Assembly: GCF_020745735.1 (NCBI RefSeq)
Contig: NC_083403.1
Span: 126,064,526 to 126,128,525 of the forward strand
Reading direction: 5' to 3'
Origin: Hemiscyllium ocellatum
Lineage: Eukaryota
Length of the DNA: 64,000 bases
Shown here: positions 1 to 13,799 of the stretch, in pieces
Numbering within the stretch: the stretch's first letter is position 1
How the letters are laid out: the number at the start of each line of letters is the position of its first letter
Translations under genes and position numbers: made by a program
Notes under the pieces: model-generated
Databases searched by the model: none
Seen by the model: only the letters and a program-made list of their open reading frames with translations
Told to the model about the DNA's origin: nothing

Positions 1-769
1 TGCCTTGAAGACATTTAACATCCCAGATGTCAAAGAGAGGGAGGATCAGCATGGACCTGCTTCTTTAGGTCCAGCAGTTTCACTATGACTGGCTGCCTGC
101 TAAAACCAAACCAAACCATAGAAAAGCTGAGCTGGGAGAACTGACCACTCCCCTTTCATTGTACAAGTGTTTTTAAAAGAAAACTTGACAGCCTTTCGTC
201 TGAGGCAGTATCTGTTAGCTATAATCAAACTGGCCCTAAAACCCTTCAAACCTAGATTTCCCAAAGTCTCTCTGTTTATGAACCCTCTGAAAATTAAACC
301 AAGGACAACATAACCTTGTTAAAGAAGAACCATCATAACAGATCCTTCAGTTTGCACAAGTCATGTTCCCTTTTTTACTGTCATACCTTGTGCATGTTTG
401 CTGTCATGTTTTAATTCTTTTCTTAGAGTTTGTGAATAATTAACATCCTCTTTCTTTCAGAAAAACCTATTAGTCGTCACCTTCATTTTGACAGTACTAC
501 ACTTTAATTGAACCATGTTATAACTGTGTGTAAGAAAGAATTAAAACATAGCCAACCAAGCTGGTGTTAAAAAGAGGGGAGTCAAATGATCCCTACTCAA
601 CTGGTCATAATAATATCCATTTTTGATGTTCATTTCAAAGACATGGCTCCTGACATTTCCCATAGTAGATCTAGAAGAGTAGCTATGGTGATATATGGTG
701 TCAAGGAGGTGGCATGCAGAACTGAGGGAGCATGGAGGGCGCATGGGTTGAGCGGAGGTGAGGAGTAAT

Positions 770-1289
770 TTGTCTCTGTGCTATAGGAAAGATGTTAATA
801 AGCTTGAAAGGGTTCAGAAAAAACTTACAAGGACGTTACCAGGATTAGAGTGTTGGAGCTATAGGGAGAGGCTGAATAGGCTGGGGCTGTTTTCACTGAA
901 GCATCAGAGACTGAGGGATGACCTTATAGAGGTTTATAAAATCATGAGGGACATGGATAGGATATTTTTCCTAGGGTAGGGGAAGTCCAAAACTAGAGGG
1001 CATAGGTTTAAGATGAGAGGGGAAAGATATAAAAAAGGACCTAAGGGGCAACTGTTTCATGCAGAGGGTGGTGCGTGTATGGATTGAGCTGCCAGCAGAG
1101 GTAGTGGAGGCTGGTACAATGATAACATTGAAAAAGGCATCTGGATGGGTACATGAACAGGAAGGGTTTGGAGGGATATGAGCCAAATGCTGTTAAATGG
1201 GACCAGATTAATTTGGGATATCAGGTCAGCATGAAAGAGTTGGACTGAAGGGTCTTTTTCCATGCTGTACAGCTGTATGACTGTGATTC
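770..1289 (+). mobile_element. CR1 (HER1-like) LINE, 3' fragment
   Basis: ORF2 C-terminal motifs LERVQKK..RLGLFSL..LRDDLIEVYKI, followed by CR1 3' UTR and short-repeat tail. Confidence 0.92.
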
Positions 1290-1592
1290 TTATCAGAATG
1301 ATCTTCAGACCTGGAATTCTGTCCCATGAGAATAGATGCCAGGCCTTCGAACTAGGCCCACAACCACTTCTACATTCCTTCCGCCTGTCGTCACAACTGT
1401 CCAAATCTGAGCCCTACCTAACAATCTCTCACAGAGATTAGAAACAAAAGTCAAAGTGAGTTTGGAAGACAGGCTTAAATTTCTGAAGTCGGAATAAGGC
1501 CTCAACTCTGTGAGCCTGAGTTGCAAATCTGTGGTCTTTAACTTTAATTAGCCACAGGTGGGTTTCTCACAGAGAAACAAACCTGGCTCCTA

Positions 1593-2140
1593 TTTACTGT
1601 GTCCAGTTTTGGTCCCCACACCTCAGGAAGGACATACTGGCACTGGAGCATGTCCAGCGGAGATTCACATGGATGATCCCTGAAATGGTAGATCTAACAT
1701 ACGAGGAACGGCTGACGATCCTGGGACTGTATTCATTGGAGTTTAGAAGATTAAGGGGAGATTTAATAGAAACTTACAAGATAATACAGGGCTTGGAAAG
1801 GGTGGACAGTAGGAAATTGTTTCCGTTAGGCGAGGAGACTAGGACCCGTGGACTCAGCCTTAGAATTAGAGGGGGTCAATTCAGAACAGAAATGCGGAGA
1901 CATTTCTTCAGCCAGAGAGTGGTGGGCCTGTGGAATTCATTGCCGCAGAGTGCAGTGGAGGCCGGGACGCTAAATGTCTTCAAGGCAGAGATTGATAAAT
2001 TCTTGATGTTACAAGGAATTAAGGGCTACGGGAAGAATGCTGGTAAGTGGAGCTGAAATGCCCATCAGCCATGATTGAATGGCAGAGTGGACTCGATGGG
2101 CCAAATGGCCTTACTTCCACTCCTATGTCTTATGGTTTTA
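1593..2140 (+). mobile_element. CR1 LINE, 3' fragment (second subfamily)
   Basis: ORF 1673-2056 YEERL..LGLYSLEFRRLRGDLIETYK..FFSQRVVGLWNSLP; TCTTATGG-type tail. Confidence 0.92.
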
Positions 2141-4990
2141 TTTGTTGCCTCTGTGATAAAAATACAGCCATCACATTTGTTTTGAAGCTCACATACTATG
2201 TCCCTTTGATGCTGAGAATCAGACCATTATTACCAGCAGCATCAAAGTATACCATTACATTATGAACATTATAACATGTACAGGTATTAAAAATTAAGAT
2301 ATATTCCATTAAACATTGACTAGAAATGTGTCAAGTATTACAATATTGCGTTATGGAATTTAGTGGCGAAATATTAAAAATTCGCAACTCTGCCTCCAGC
2401 TGCTTTGATTTCTTACAGAGAAAATATATTTCTTGTTTGAGATTTCTGACAGGAAATGATAATTTTCTTCCTACCTTGTATACCCACAGCTAGGTAGCCT
2501 GGTTAAATTATACTGTTGTAATTGTCACTGAACAAAGACAGCAGCCAGGCAATATTCTCCCAATTTCATGTTTGTAAAGCTTCTGATGAAATTCAGGCCT
2601 CATTCTCCCCTGCTGCAATTAGTGTAAATAGGATTAAACCTATCACATTTCATGCAGCCGGACCCTCCAGCCACCTGGGAAGAGTCTGATACTGAACTAA
2701 TTTCTCACCAGTGATGCGAATGTCCAGAATGATTGGGGCTGTGAGAGACTCCATGACAACCTCAATTTAAAGCCTGATTCTGCTAGGAGTCTGTTTGTTC
2801 AGATATGAGAAGAAAATAATCTGTTGCCATTTAAGGACTTACTGAAAATAAGCTTCTGCACGTTTATGCTTTTGCACTGCACAAAGGTATTTTTCAAAAC
2901 TTTTAGCAAGTCAAAGCTGTGCAATTCCCTTTTTTTTATTCTACATACAATAATTTCATGTTTAAATACAAAACTTCGAATGAATTCTGAACAGTTTGCC
3001 TCAACAGTCAAAGGGATTTGACAGATAGCATATTTCACAAATCTTTTCTTCCTTTGTAAGTTACAGCTATAATATCAGAATGGATCATTGTTGTACAACA
3101 TAACAGTATGTGGAGGCTTTTATTGTCTCCTTCTTCACTGACTGACCAAATGTTTGTGATGCAAGTTGTCATGAACACAATGCCCCTTTAAGCTCCTATA
3201 ACACTTAAGAAGGAGACATTTGTTCAAAATAAGAGAAAGTGTATTTCCTATTTCCAATCAATTCCAGTAAATAGCTATATCCCACTGCTGCTAATGTTAT
3301 TAGGTCAAAGGCACACTGTTACTGATAATAGAGCCAGGATTGGGAAAAGAGGTGCCCACTGCAAGTCATTAGTTACCTTTGTTCTGCAGCAAAGGTTGAC
3401 TCCTATCCTTCCCTCAGTTGCCTCATGTCTGGCATCCCCAGCAATGCTAAGCCTCTGGTGGATGCATTGTTGGCAGTTGCCACTGCTTCCAGTGGTGTTT
3501 AAGAGCACTGGCAACTGCTTGGGCCCTGTCTGGCAGTACTCCTAGGGTGGAATTTCCACTTTTCGTGTCTTGGAGATCATGCCTGAAATGTCGACTCCCC
3601 TGCTCTTTTGATGCTGCTTGACCAGCTGTGCCTTTTCCGCCCCTTTGGTGTCCTAAACCCTGGGCGAAGGTCCACTGCTGGCCAATTAGTGCCTGATGAG
3701 CAATCAGTATGACCAGCCTTCCCTGATGGAACCCTCACAGGCTCTCTGCTAGCTGGAAGGAACCTTGTCTTCTGGACTAGTTTCTGCTTGCTGAGGTTGA
3801 TGCTGGTGTACACTAGTAACACACAACCCATGGGTAGCCAATCATTGTGCCCAATACTCTTTCTCCTCATGGTCACCGAATGATAATTTTAACCTCTCTT
3901 TGAATACTTGTTTCCGGTTACGATTAAAATTCTTGGGAATATTTTCCATGCCAGTTCTGCAAGGAGGAGTCACTAGTTTTGCAAGCTTGATTTGTGCTGC
4001 CACAAAACATGAATTTCCCTTCTCCTAGGATCTTTGAGGAAAATGTGTTGGATGGGACATGTCATCATCGGGCTCCTTCTCTTTTGTGCATGGGATTTTG
4101 GAACAAGATCCATTCTGCTTTGTTGGATGGTTCTGTTGCACTGGGACCTTAAGGCAGGAAAGAAAGCAGAGAGATTGTAATATCCCCACAATAGCAGCTT
4201 GACCGAACTACCTGCTGTTCAAATCCTTTGGGATCATTGCAAACATATGTCTGGTTGATTTAGTTTTTTTTAGCTTTTCCTGTTGCCCATTCCCATGTGG
4301 TTTGTTTGTTCAATCTATTTCATTCCTCTGCAAAGTTAAGTTTGAAAAAAATCCCTTTGACCAAGAAGTGCTTGAACTTAATGCAAAGAGTTTGATGGCT
4401 CTAAGAAAGATCAGCTAATGGGGACTAGAGATCAGAATTATTGGGCTGTAAAGAAAACATCTAATCAGGTAGACTATGAAGACTCTCAAAAGTAATTGGT
4501 TGGTCTACCATCTGTTTGTCTGTTTCTATGGGATCAAGCAGAACATATATTACTTATGATAGCAACATTTGCAGTGAATATATTGAAGAGAGAGAGTAAT
4601 GGTCTTTCTTAAAACAACAATGAATGAAAGTCACAAGAGGCCTCTGTTGGCTGAGAGGATGCAGAAGAAAAGATGACTAAGATGGCTAAGCATCTTCATT
4701 AAGAGTGATTTGCGCAACATATTCTATTCTCAGTGTTAAAGGAATAAATGCAGCTCCATTTTGAATGGGGATGTTACCTGTCTCACTCTTTTGGTGGCAC
4801 TCCAAGCCTTTCCTCTATGTTGTTACCACTGGTACATGTATAACAACTAACAGTAAAGTGAAAAGGCCATTAGACAGCTTTGTTTTTGTTCCTGTGGTGC
4901 CAAAGGCCTTGTTGAACATTTCTGTTAAACTATCCCTAATTTAAAACTTTTCATTTGATTTAATACTTATTATACTGGAATGCAGAGTTA

Positions 4991-5090
4991 CATGGATAGG
5001 ATAAGGGGTGAGTCTGGGTGGGATGCTGTTCAGAGGGTTGGTGTGGACTTGACGGGTCAAATTATCTGTTTCCACACTGTAGGGATTCCA
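4991..5090 (+). mobile_element. HE1 SINE, 3' fragment
   Basis: gtctgggtgggatgct...gtttccacactgtaggga matches the 3' half of the full SINE copies in this window. Confidence 0.65.
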
Positions 5091-5159
5091 TGATTGGCCG
5101 AAGTTTACATTATTTTGTATTATATATATACCAATGCAAAAATGAGTGCAGTGATAACT

Positions 5160-5762
5160 TAGAATCATAGAGTCATAGAGATGTACAGCATGGAAACAGA
5201 CCCTTCGGTCCAACCTGTCCATGCTGACCAGATATCCCAACCCAATCTAGTCCCACCTGCCAGCACCCGGCCCATATCCCTCCAAACCCTTTCTATTCAT
5301 ATACCCATCCAAATGCCTCTTAAATGTTGCAATTGTACCAGCCTCCACCACATCTACTGTCAGCTCATTCCATACACATACCACCCTCTGCATGAAAACG
5401 TTGCCCCTTAGGTCTCTTTTATATCTTTTCCCTCTCACCTTAAACCTATGCCCTCTAGTTCTGGACTCCCCGACCCCAGGAAAAATACTTTGTCTATTTA
5501 CCCTATCCATGCCCCTCATAATTTTGTACACCTCTATAAGGACACCCCTCAGCCTCCGACACTCCAGGGAAAACAGCCTCAGCCTGTTCAGCCTCTCCCT
5601 ATCGCTCAGATCCTCCAGCCCTGGCAACATCCTTGTAAATCTTTTCTGAACCCTTTAAAGTTTCACAACATCTTTCCGATAGAAAGGAGACCAGAATTGC
5701 ATGCAATATTCCAACAGTGGCCTAACCAATGTCCTGTACAGCCGCAACATGACCTCCCAACT
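5160..5762 (-). mobile_element. CR1 LINE, 3' fragment
   Basis: ORF 5247-5630 encodes the CR1 ORF2 C-terminus; tail at 5160-5180. Confidence 0.92.
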
Positions 5763-6457
5763 GCAGGAGCTGATAGATCCATATTGTGAGGGTGATTTGG
5801 GCTCATGCAATTATCACGAGCCACTGAAGACCCTGATTTAGATGCTGATCAGCAGTATTAACCTTCTCAAATGAGGAAAGGAGAAAATGGATGATTTCTC
5901 GTTACTTTCACACACTTTGCCAGCAGTAAATCCAAAGAGATGATGACAGATGAATCCCAGTGGTTTACTTCACAATACTTTTTTAATGTGGCAACAACTT
6001 GCATTTATATAATGGTATGAACAGAACAAAAAGATGCCAAGGTGGTGAGTGTTGCCAGTATAAGGGAATGAAAATTGGAGAAGAATGCATTTTTTCTCTC
6101 CTACAGAATGAGTTGATAAGTGTTAAGTTTCTTTGCACCTATATTGTAGTGTTCAAATACAGCCATGAGCCAGATTCTGTGAACATCCTCAAGATGGTCA
6201 TTTTTTAAGGTTTGTGGTTACATTATGTTCACTGAAGAAAAGATCTGTTGGCGGTATAGGGAAGAAAAAATAGTTAAGTGTGAGAGCTGATTCTGCTCCA
6301 ACTGAATCCCCCAACGTGAATAATGTTTGAACGAGAGTGGATTGAAAAATAAATGGAGAGCTCAGCGGAATGACAAGCTTGCAGGTCTTAGCATGGTGTG
6401 AAAGTGCAGAGATGGAGTAATCCGAAATATCAGCGTGGGAGGCAGGGAATCAGGGAG

Positions 6458-6638
6458 TAAAAAGTGAGGTCTGCAGATGCTGGAGATCAGAGCTGAAAAT
6501 GTGTTGCTGGTTAAAGCACAGCAGGTTAGGCAGCATCCAAGGAACAGGAATTTCGACGTTTCGGGCCCGAAACGTCGAATTTCCTGTTCCTTGGATGCTG
6601 CCTAACCTGCTGTGCTTTAACCAGCAACACATTTTCAG
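6458..6638. mobile_element. Palindromic PLE terminal-repeat insertion (family A)
   Basis: Near-perfect hairpin centred on tttcgggcccgaaa; 14-bp TSD agggaatcagggag (6444-6457 / 6639-6652). Confidence 0.85.
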
Positions 6639-6652
6639 AGGGAATCAGGGAG

Positions 6653-7500
6653 GCAGATTTAAAAAGTGGGCAAAAAGTTGTCAAGTGGAGGATAATGTGG
6701 AAAAATGCAAACGTTCATTTTGGAAGGGACAACAAAAGGACAAAATTTTTTTAATGGAGAAAAATTGCAGAAAGCTGCAACACAAAGGGACTTGGGGATC
6801 CTTGTGCATGAAACACAGAAAACTAACATATACACATGCAGGGAATCAGGAAGGCTAATGGAATGTTGACCCTTTTTCAAAAGGGTTGGAATAAAAGAGT
6901 AAAAAAAGCCCTACTGCAGCTGTACAAAGTGCCAGTAAGACCATATTTGGAGTTCTGTGACCAGCTTTGGTCCCCTTATTTAAACAATGATAACATTTCA
7001 TTAGAGGCATTTAATTGAAGACAGTTCAGAGAAGGTTCACTCGAATAATCCCCATTACGAAGGGATTGTCTTTTGAGCAAAGGATAAACAGGTTGGGACT
7101 CTACTCAATGGAATCTAGAAGAATGAGACGTGATCTCATTGAAACATGATTCTTAAAGGGCTTGTTAGGGTAAATATTGAGGAATGATTTATCTTATGGA
7201 AGGGTCTAAGACCAGTCTCAGAATAAAGGGGATGCTAATTGAAGACTGAGATGAGGAGGAATTTATTCTCTCAGAGGGTTGTGCCTTTAGAACTCCTTCC
7301 ACTAGCAACAGTGTGACAGGTTTCTTGTGCACATTTAAGGCTGAGACAGATATATTCTTGATCAGTAGGGATGTCAAAGGTTACATGGAAAAGGCAGAAA
7401 AATGGATATGAGGGACGTTGGATCAGCCATAATCCTATTGAATGGCAGCTCAGGCTCAAGCAGCTGTACTGCCTCCTCCTGTTCCTATTTCTTACGGTCC
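6653..7500 (+). mobile_element. Degenerate CR1 LINE, 3' part
   Basis: LLQLYK.PVRPYLEFC.Q.WSPY motif and CR1-type 3' UTR. Confidence 0.85.
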
Positions 7501-7807
7501 TGTGGAATGGGAATTGGAATTATTTTGTCCGTTTTGGGTTGTGTGACCTGGGCACAAAAGACTGATTGTGTTACCTTTACTTCATCCTACTGAATTAGCT
7601 GTTTGACTGTGCCTTCCTGCTGCTTAGCTTCTTCAATGTTTGTTTCTGCCATAATTTGCAACACCATTGCCAGTGTAATGACGGAGCTGGGGAAGTGGCA
7701 CTGGACTTCTCTTGTTCTCCTACTCGACTATACACCTTATATACTTAAATAAAGAAAAAAAATTACCCAATCATCATAGTGCAGATTATAAATGCCAATT
7801 TTTTTTG

Positions 7808-8435
7808 TAATTCACTCATGAGACCTGGGCACTGCTAGCTAGTCAGCATTTATTGCCCGTCCCTAATTACCATTGAGGAGGTAGTGGTTAGCTGTATTCT
7901 TGAACTGCTGCAGTTCATGTGCTGTAGGTTAACCCAAAATGCCATTAAAGAGGGACTTCCAGATTTTAACCCAGCAACAGATAAGAATGGTGATTTATTT
8001 CCAAGTCAGGATGGTGAATGGCTTGGAAAGGAACTTGCAAAGGGTGATGCTGTCATGTAGCTGCTGTTTTTGTCCTTCTGGATGGAAGTGGTCATAAGTT
8101 TGGAAAATGCTGCCCAAGGTTCTTTGGTGAATTTCTTTAGTGCCTCTTGTACGTAGTTCACGTTGTTGCTACTGAGCATTGTTTGTGGATGTGGTGTTAA
8201 TCAAGAATTCTATTTTGTCCTGGATACTGTCAAGCTTTTTGTTGGAGCTACGCCCTTCCAGGCAACTGGGGAGTGTTCCATTGCAATCATGACTTGTGCC
8301 TTGAAGATGGTGGACATGCTTTGGAGAGTCAGGAAGTGATTACTCATTGCCATTGCCTCTGGTTTTCTTGTGTAGCCATTGTATTTATAAGGGTAATTCA
8401 ATTCATTTCCTAGTCAATAGCAATCAGGACGTTGA
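7808..8435 (-). mobile_element. Degenerate CR1/L2-group LINE, 3' end
   Basis: Shares the cagcatttattgccc tail with the SINE at 38400-38700; YKAQV..MEHSP.AW-like residues on the minus strand. Confidence 0.65.
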
Positions 8436-8613
8436 TATATCTGACAGCCATGAATTCAGACATGTGCCTTCCAATAATCAAAGCAGTTGGCTTTTGAAAT
8501 ATGATTTCTAATAAATGCCTTTAAAAATGTCAACCTTGTCCTTGGAATCATCATTCAGAAATAAACCAAGTCTTTATCTCCTCAAGTCTTTCAAATGAGC
8601 TGATTTTCACAAA

Positions 8614-9030
8614 TAGAGCCATAGAATCATAGAGATGTCCAACACAGAAACAGACCCTTCAGTCCAACCTGTCCATGCCAACCAGATATCCCAACCCAAT
8701 CTAGTCCCACCTGCCAACACCCGGCCCATATCCGTCCAAACCCTTCCTATTCATATACCGAGCTGAAAAATGTGTTGCTGGAAAAGTGCAGCAGGTTAGG
8801 CAGCATCCAAGGAGCAGGAGAATTGATGTTTCGCCCAAACCATCGATTCTCCTGCTCCTTGGATGCTGCCTGACCTGCTGTGCTTTTCCAGCAACATATT
8901 TTTTCAGCTCTGATCTCCAGCATCTGCAGTCCTCACTTACTCCTATTTATATACTGATCCAGATGCCTTTTAAGTGTTGCAATTGTACCAGCTTCCATCA
9001 CATCCTCTGGGAGCTCACACCATACACGTG
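8614..9030 (-). mobile_element. CR1 3' end containing a nested PLE palindrome
   Basis: Near-identical to 5160-5390 once 8760-8940 is removed. Confidence 0.85.
8760..8940. mobile_element. Palindromic PLE terminal-repeat insertion (family A)
   Basis: Inverted arms; TSD tcctattcatatac 8745-8758 / tcctatttatatac 8941-8954. Confidence 0.82.
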
Positions 9031-9615
9031 CCATCAAAAAAAAAATTGAAACATCTTCATAACATTACCTTGCCACACTCCCTTTTCCATTATTGTGGTT
9101 TTGGGATGTGCTGTGGAACCAATTAGTACAACCAATGGTTGGAGGAATATACTTTCTATGTTTCTAAAATAAAACAAAATAGACAAATTAGAAAGCTACT
9201 GGTAGGTACAAAAACAAAATTAAATAATCAACAGAAACTTTCAGAACTCAATTTTCTGTTCGTGGAGGTGTTTTCTAATGAACCTGAAATACATCGAGAA
9301 CAGGTGAAACTCAAACCAGACCTTCTGTTCCAGAGGTTTAGACTATGCTGCACTACCAGAACCTTCAATCTTCCTCTCTAGTCTTTGAAAAATGAAACTT
9401 AATTAAGTTAGGTAGTCCCTGATGGGGCACTATGACAAAATCTGGGTGTTAGATCTGCTTGATAACATTTGAAGACCATGTGTTGTTAACATTTGAAGAC
9501 CATGAAACATAGGAGCAGAAGAAGGTGATTCAGCGAAAAATTCTTGCTTTTCCTTCAGCCTTGTTTTTTTCTCACAGATGTGCTTGGCTCCACTGTTATT
9601 GAACATGGGGATTTT

Positions 9616-9840
9616 TGTGAAACAACCTCTGCCAGTGAGCTGTTTAATTGTCCATCACCATTCACAATCGGATGCGGCAGAACGACAGAGCTTGGATCTG
9701 AACTGTTGGTTGTGGAATCATTAGGCTCTCTCAACACTTCCTGCTCATACTGTTTGGTATGCAAGTAGTTCTGCTTTGTGACTTCAGATTGACACCTCAT
9801 TTTTCTGGTTTGCCTGGAACTGCTCCTAACATGCTCTTCT
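9616..9840 (-). mobile_element. Internal fragment of an old LINE
   Basis: Resembles an internal segment of a common elasmobranch LINE (recognised by eye); ORFs here are not host exons. Confidence 0.5.
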
Positions 9841-9866
9841 TCATTGATTAGTGTATTTATTTAAAG

Positions 9867-10500
9867 CCATAGAGTCAGAGAGATGTACAGCACGGAAACA
9901 GACCCTTCAGTCCAACTCAGCCAGCCAGATATTCTTGCCTAATCTAGTCCCATTTGCCAACACTTGGCCCATATTCGTCTAAACCCTTCCTATTCATATA
10001 CCCATCCAGATGCCTTTTAAATGATGTAATTGTACCAGCCTCCACTACTTCCTCTGGCAGCTCATTACACACAGGTACTACCCTCTGCATGAAAAGGTTG
10101 CCCCTTAGGTCCCTTTGATATCTTTCCCCCCTCACCCTAAACCTATGCCCTCTAGTTCTGGACTTCCCGATCACAGGGAAAAAACTTTGCCTATTTACCC
10201 TATCCATGCCCCTCATAATTTTGTAAACCTCTATAAGGTCACCCCTCAGCCTCCAACGCTCCAGGGATAACAGCCTCAGCCTGTGCAGCCTCTCCCTACA
10301 TGCTCCAACCCTGGCAACATCCTTGTAAATCTTTTCTGAATCCTTTCAAGTTTCACAACATCTTTCCGATAGGAAGGAGACCAGAATTGCACGCAATATT
10401 CCAAAAGTGGCCTATCAAATGCCCTGTACAGCTGCAACATGACCTTCCAACTCCTATAGTCAATGCTCTGTCCAATAAAAGAAAGCATGCCAAACACTAC
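9867..10500 (-). mobile_element. CR1 LINE, 3' fragment
   Basis: ORFs 9944-10216 and 10276-10497: RPLLEYCVQFWSP..LERIQKRFTRML. Confidence 0.92.
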
Positions 10501-11584
10501 CTTCTATCTACCTGCACCTCCTATCTATCTGCAACTCCACTTGCAAGGAATTCTTTCTGCTTGAGATTTAATATTCACTTTTGAATCATTTCTGTCTCTT
10601 AAGAACTCAATCCTGTGTTCTGTTTGGTCCATCCCTGACATTAACTCTTTGAGGTAATATTATTTATCCTGCCTCTCTTCTCTTCATGTGATTTTTTTTT
10701 ATTCATCCTTTAAAGTTGTTTTAAATCTTCATGGCCTCATTTCTGTTTTGTAATCTGCTGGCCCTTAGGTTTTAATCTTATTGTAAATCAATGTTGTTTT
10801 ACTATTCTGCTGACAAGATTTGATAATTCTGTGCTATATAAGGCTGTATTGTTGTGTTTTTGTTTATAAGCTTTAAAACTCCGTGTTTTAATTGTGTTGT
10901 TTTATCTTCTCTTAATAAAGCTTCCAGTCATGTATTATGACAATGTTTTCTTATGTTAGTTCTTGGGAAACATTAAATTCTGTTCAAAACAGTAACTCTG
11001 TTTTGCTTCCTGGGACTTTTTCCATCTTTTTTCCCCAATCAACTTGGTGGTTTCCTACCTCCTACAGTCTAGAGAGAGGTATCTTGTTTTGTTTTGCTGA
11101 CAAAATAAATGCTTTCCCATCTTTCACAGCCTAATACACAGTCACTTTCCATGAGTTTTTAAAAAAAAAATCTGCAGCTACAGCCTTAATAAATCATCCG
11201 GCCAAATTGGGGCTTCAAATTATTTCCAGATCTTATCAGATCTTAACATTTTTTTAACTATCTTCTTCTAAGTTTTTGGCTTCTCAATCTTTTAAATTGC
11301 CCTTATGTTACATTAAATCTGCTCTTGGATATTGCTGATGTTGTTCGCTGTCTGTGAATTACTTTAATGGCTCTTAATTTTGTTCCATGGCCATGCCTCA
11401 TAATACCACTCGTGTTGCTTACTGTAGATGGGAAGTGCTCTGTTTCCGCTTGTGTCTATTAAGTTAATATTCTCTCCATTTGCTCACAGGGATTTTTAAT
11501 TTTCCACATGGAGCTCCGAAATGATTCTTCCCCAGTTGAACTTCGAATCAGGGATGCCAGCGAATCAGAGATTTTTTTTTGACT

Positions 11585-12115
11585 AAGAACTACAGGATGT
11601 TAGTGATCCCTCTTCTGGAATACTTTGTCCAGTTCTTGTCACCCTGCTATAGGAAGAATATTATTAAGCTGGAGAGGGTTCAGAAAGGATCCTCCAGGAT
11701 GTTGCCAGGAATGAAGAGTTTGAGTTATAAAGAAAAGCTGGATAGGCTGGGATGTTTTTCACTGGAGCGTAGGAGGTTCAGGGGTGGCCTTATGGAGGTT
11801 TATAAAATGATAAGGAGTTTAAGGTAAGGTGAATGACAGGTGTCTTTTTCCCTAGGATGGGGGATTTCAAGACTAGGGGACATACTTTTAAGGTGAGAGG
11901 AAAAAGATTTTAAAAAGACATGAGGGGCAATGTTTTTACATAGAGAGTGGGTTGTGTGTGGAATAAACTTCCAGAGGAATCAGTGGATACAGGTGCAGTT
12001 GGATCATTGAAAAGACATTTGGATAAGTTCAAGAATGAGTAAGGTTTGCATGTATAGGGCCAAGGGCAGGTAGGTGGGATTAGTTTAGTTTGGGATTATG
12101 GTCAGCATGAATTGG
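11585..12115 (+). mobile_element. CR1 LINE, 3' fragment
   Basis: ORF 11579-11827 PLLEYFVQF.SP..LERVQK. Confidence 0.9.
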
Positions 12116-12118
12116 TAT

Positions 12119-12272
12119 AATCAGGAGCACTGATTATATCGGCTAGTTAGACAGAAATACTGAGAGTATCAGGAGCACTGATTATATCGGTAGATAGACA
12201 GAATTACTGAGAGTGTCAGGAGCCCTGATTATATCGGCTAGTTAGACAGGATTACTGAGAGTATCAGGAGCC
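12119..12272. repeat. Detached block (~3 units) of the 48-bp satellite
   Basis: Unit gagagtatcaggagcactgattatatcggctagttagacagaattact. Confidence 0.9.
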
Positions 12273-12509
12273 AGGCATGACACATCAGATTGGGATTTTG
12301 TGCAGTTTTATTAGACTAATACAGTAAATTTCCTGGTATCTGGCATGCAAGGGGAATGGGTGTACTGAATGCATGAATGATACAGTTACAACCAGGACAG
12401 CTCACAAGTACCAATGACATGGTTTAATCAAAAGCAGAGAGAGGGAACCAAATTATCAACTTAGGAACGTACTGCTATTCATTGCTGGTTGCTTGAAAAT
12501 TCTGGATAA

Positions 12510-13770
12510 GGGGGACTTTCCTATACCTGGAATGGATGGGTTGTCTTAGGAGGGAAGATTGAACAAGCTGGGCTAGTTTTTGGGAAAGGAACATTATGCT
12601 TGACCAATCTATTAAAGTTCTTTGAGAAGGTTAAAGTTAAGCAATGGATATATTGTATTTTATTTTAGAAAAGTTTGCTGAAGTGTCAAATCAAAGTTTA
12701 TTGTCGAATATAAAAGCTCATGGTGTAGGGAGTGGCACATTGATGTGGATAAAATTTTGACTCACTAAAAACATTAAGGGAATAAGTATTTTTCAGATTG
12801 GCAAGATTTAATGAGTGATGTGCCACAGGGATTATTTCTGGGACCTCAACTGCCTATACATTACATAAATAACTCGGATGAAGGGAACAGAAAAAAATGT
12901 TTGCGCAATTTGCCAATGACACAAAGATAGGTAGGAAAAGAAATTGTGAAGAGGACCTAAGGAGGCTACAAAAATATATAAATATGTTAAGTGAGTGGGC
13001 AAAAGATGTGGCAAATGCAGGAGAATGTGGGAAAATGAGAAATCATCCATTTTGGCATGAGGAATAAAATCAGAAACTTTTATCTAAATGGTGAAATGTT
13101 ACTGGGCTCTGAGATGCAGGGGGTCCTGGGGACCCTTGTGCATGAATTGCAACATGCTGAAATACAGCAACAGCAAGTAATTAGGAAAGTTAATTGGATG
13201 TAATCATTTATCATAAGGAGAATTGAACATGAAGGTAGGGAGATTATGCTTCTGTTACACAGCAACTTGTGACAGCCTGTCTGAAGCACTGTATTCAATA
13301 TTAATCATTGTATTTGAGCAAGGATATAAATACAATGGAGCTAGTCCAGAGTGATTTACTGGACTAATACCTGGAATGAGTGTGTTGTTTTATGGGGAAA
13401 GGCTGGGCTTATATTTGCTGCAGATTATGAAGAAGTGATTTAATTGAAACATAAAGGAGTCTTGACAGGGTCGATGTGAACAGGATGTTCCCTCTTATTT
13501 GAGAGTCTAGGATCAATTTTGAAACAGATGATGTGATGTTTTTCTCTGATGGTCTTGAATCTTTGGAAATGTCTTCCTGAAAAGGTGGTGGAAGCAGAGT
13601 GCTTGAATACTTTTAAGGCTGAGGTTGAGAGATATTTGTAAGCAAAGAATATAAAGTTATCAGGGTTAGGTAGGAATGTGAATTTGAGGTTAAAATCAGG
13701 TCAGCGATGATCTTATTAAATGGAAGAGCAAGCATGAGGAGATGAATGGCTGACCACTCCGCCAGAATCA
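12510..13770 (+). mobile_element. Old degenerate CR1 LINE (RT to 3' UTR)
   Basis: Decayed VPQG..LGP (12820-12847) and FADDTK-like (tttgccaatgacacaaag) codons; CR1 3' UTR. Confidence 0.8.
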
Positions 13771-13799
13771 TATAGGTGTGAGTATTGCTTGCTAGCAAT

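Noticed and set aside
1-610. Possible LTR fragments at the window start
   Set aside because: Only terminal TAACA/TAATA-like ends are seen; no paired LTR or internal domain to support a call.
6450-6858. Recurrent short ORFs such as MCCWLKHSR, MLPDLLC and MQQVRQHPR across the window
   Set aside because: Translations of the non-coding PLE terminal repeat, not a gene family.
9544-9800. Exon-like ORF after ttttttctcacag
   Set aside because: Most of it is an antisense LINE fragment.
10560-11530. T-rich block, possibly an ancient antisense LINE ORF
   Set aside because: No diagnostic motif could be recovered by eye.
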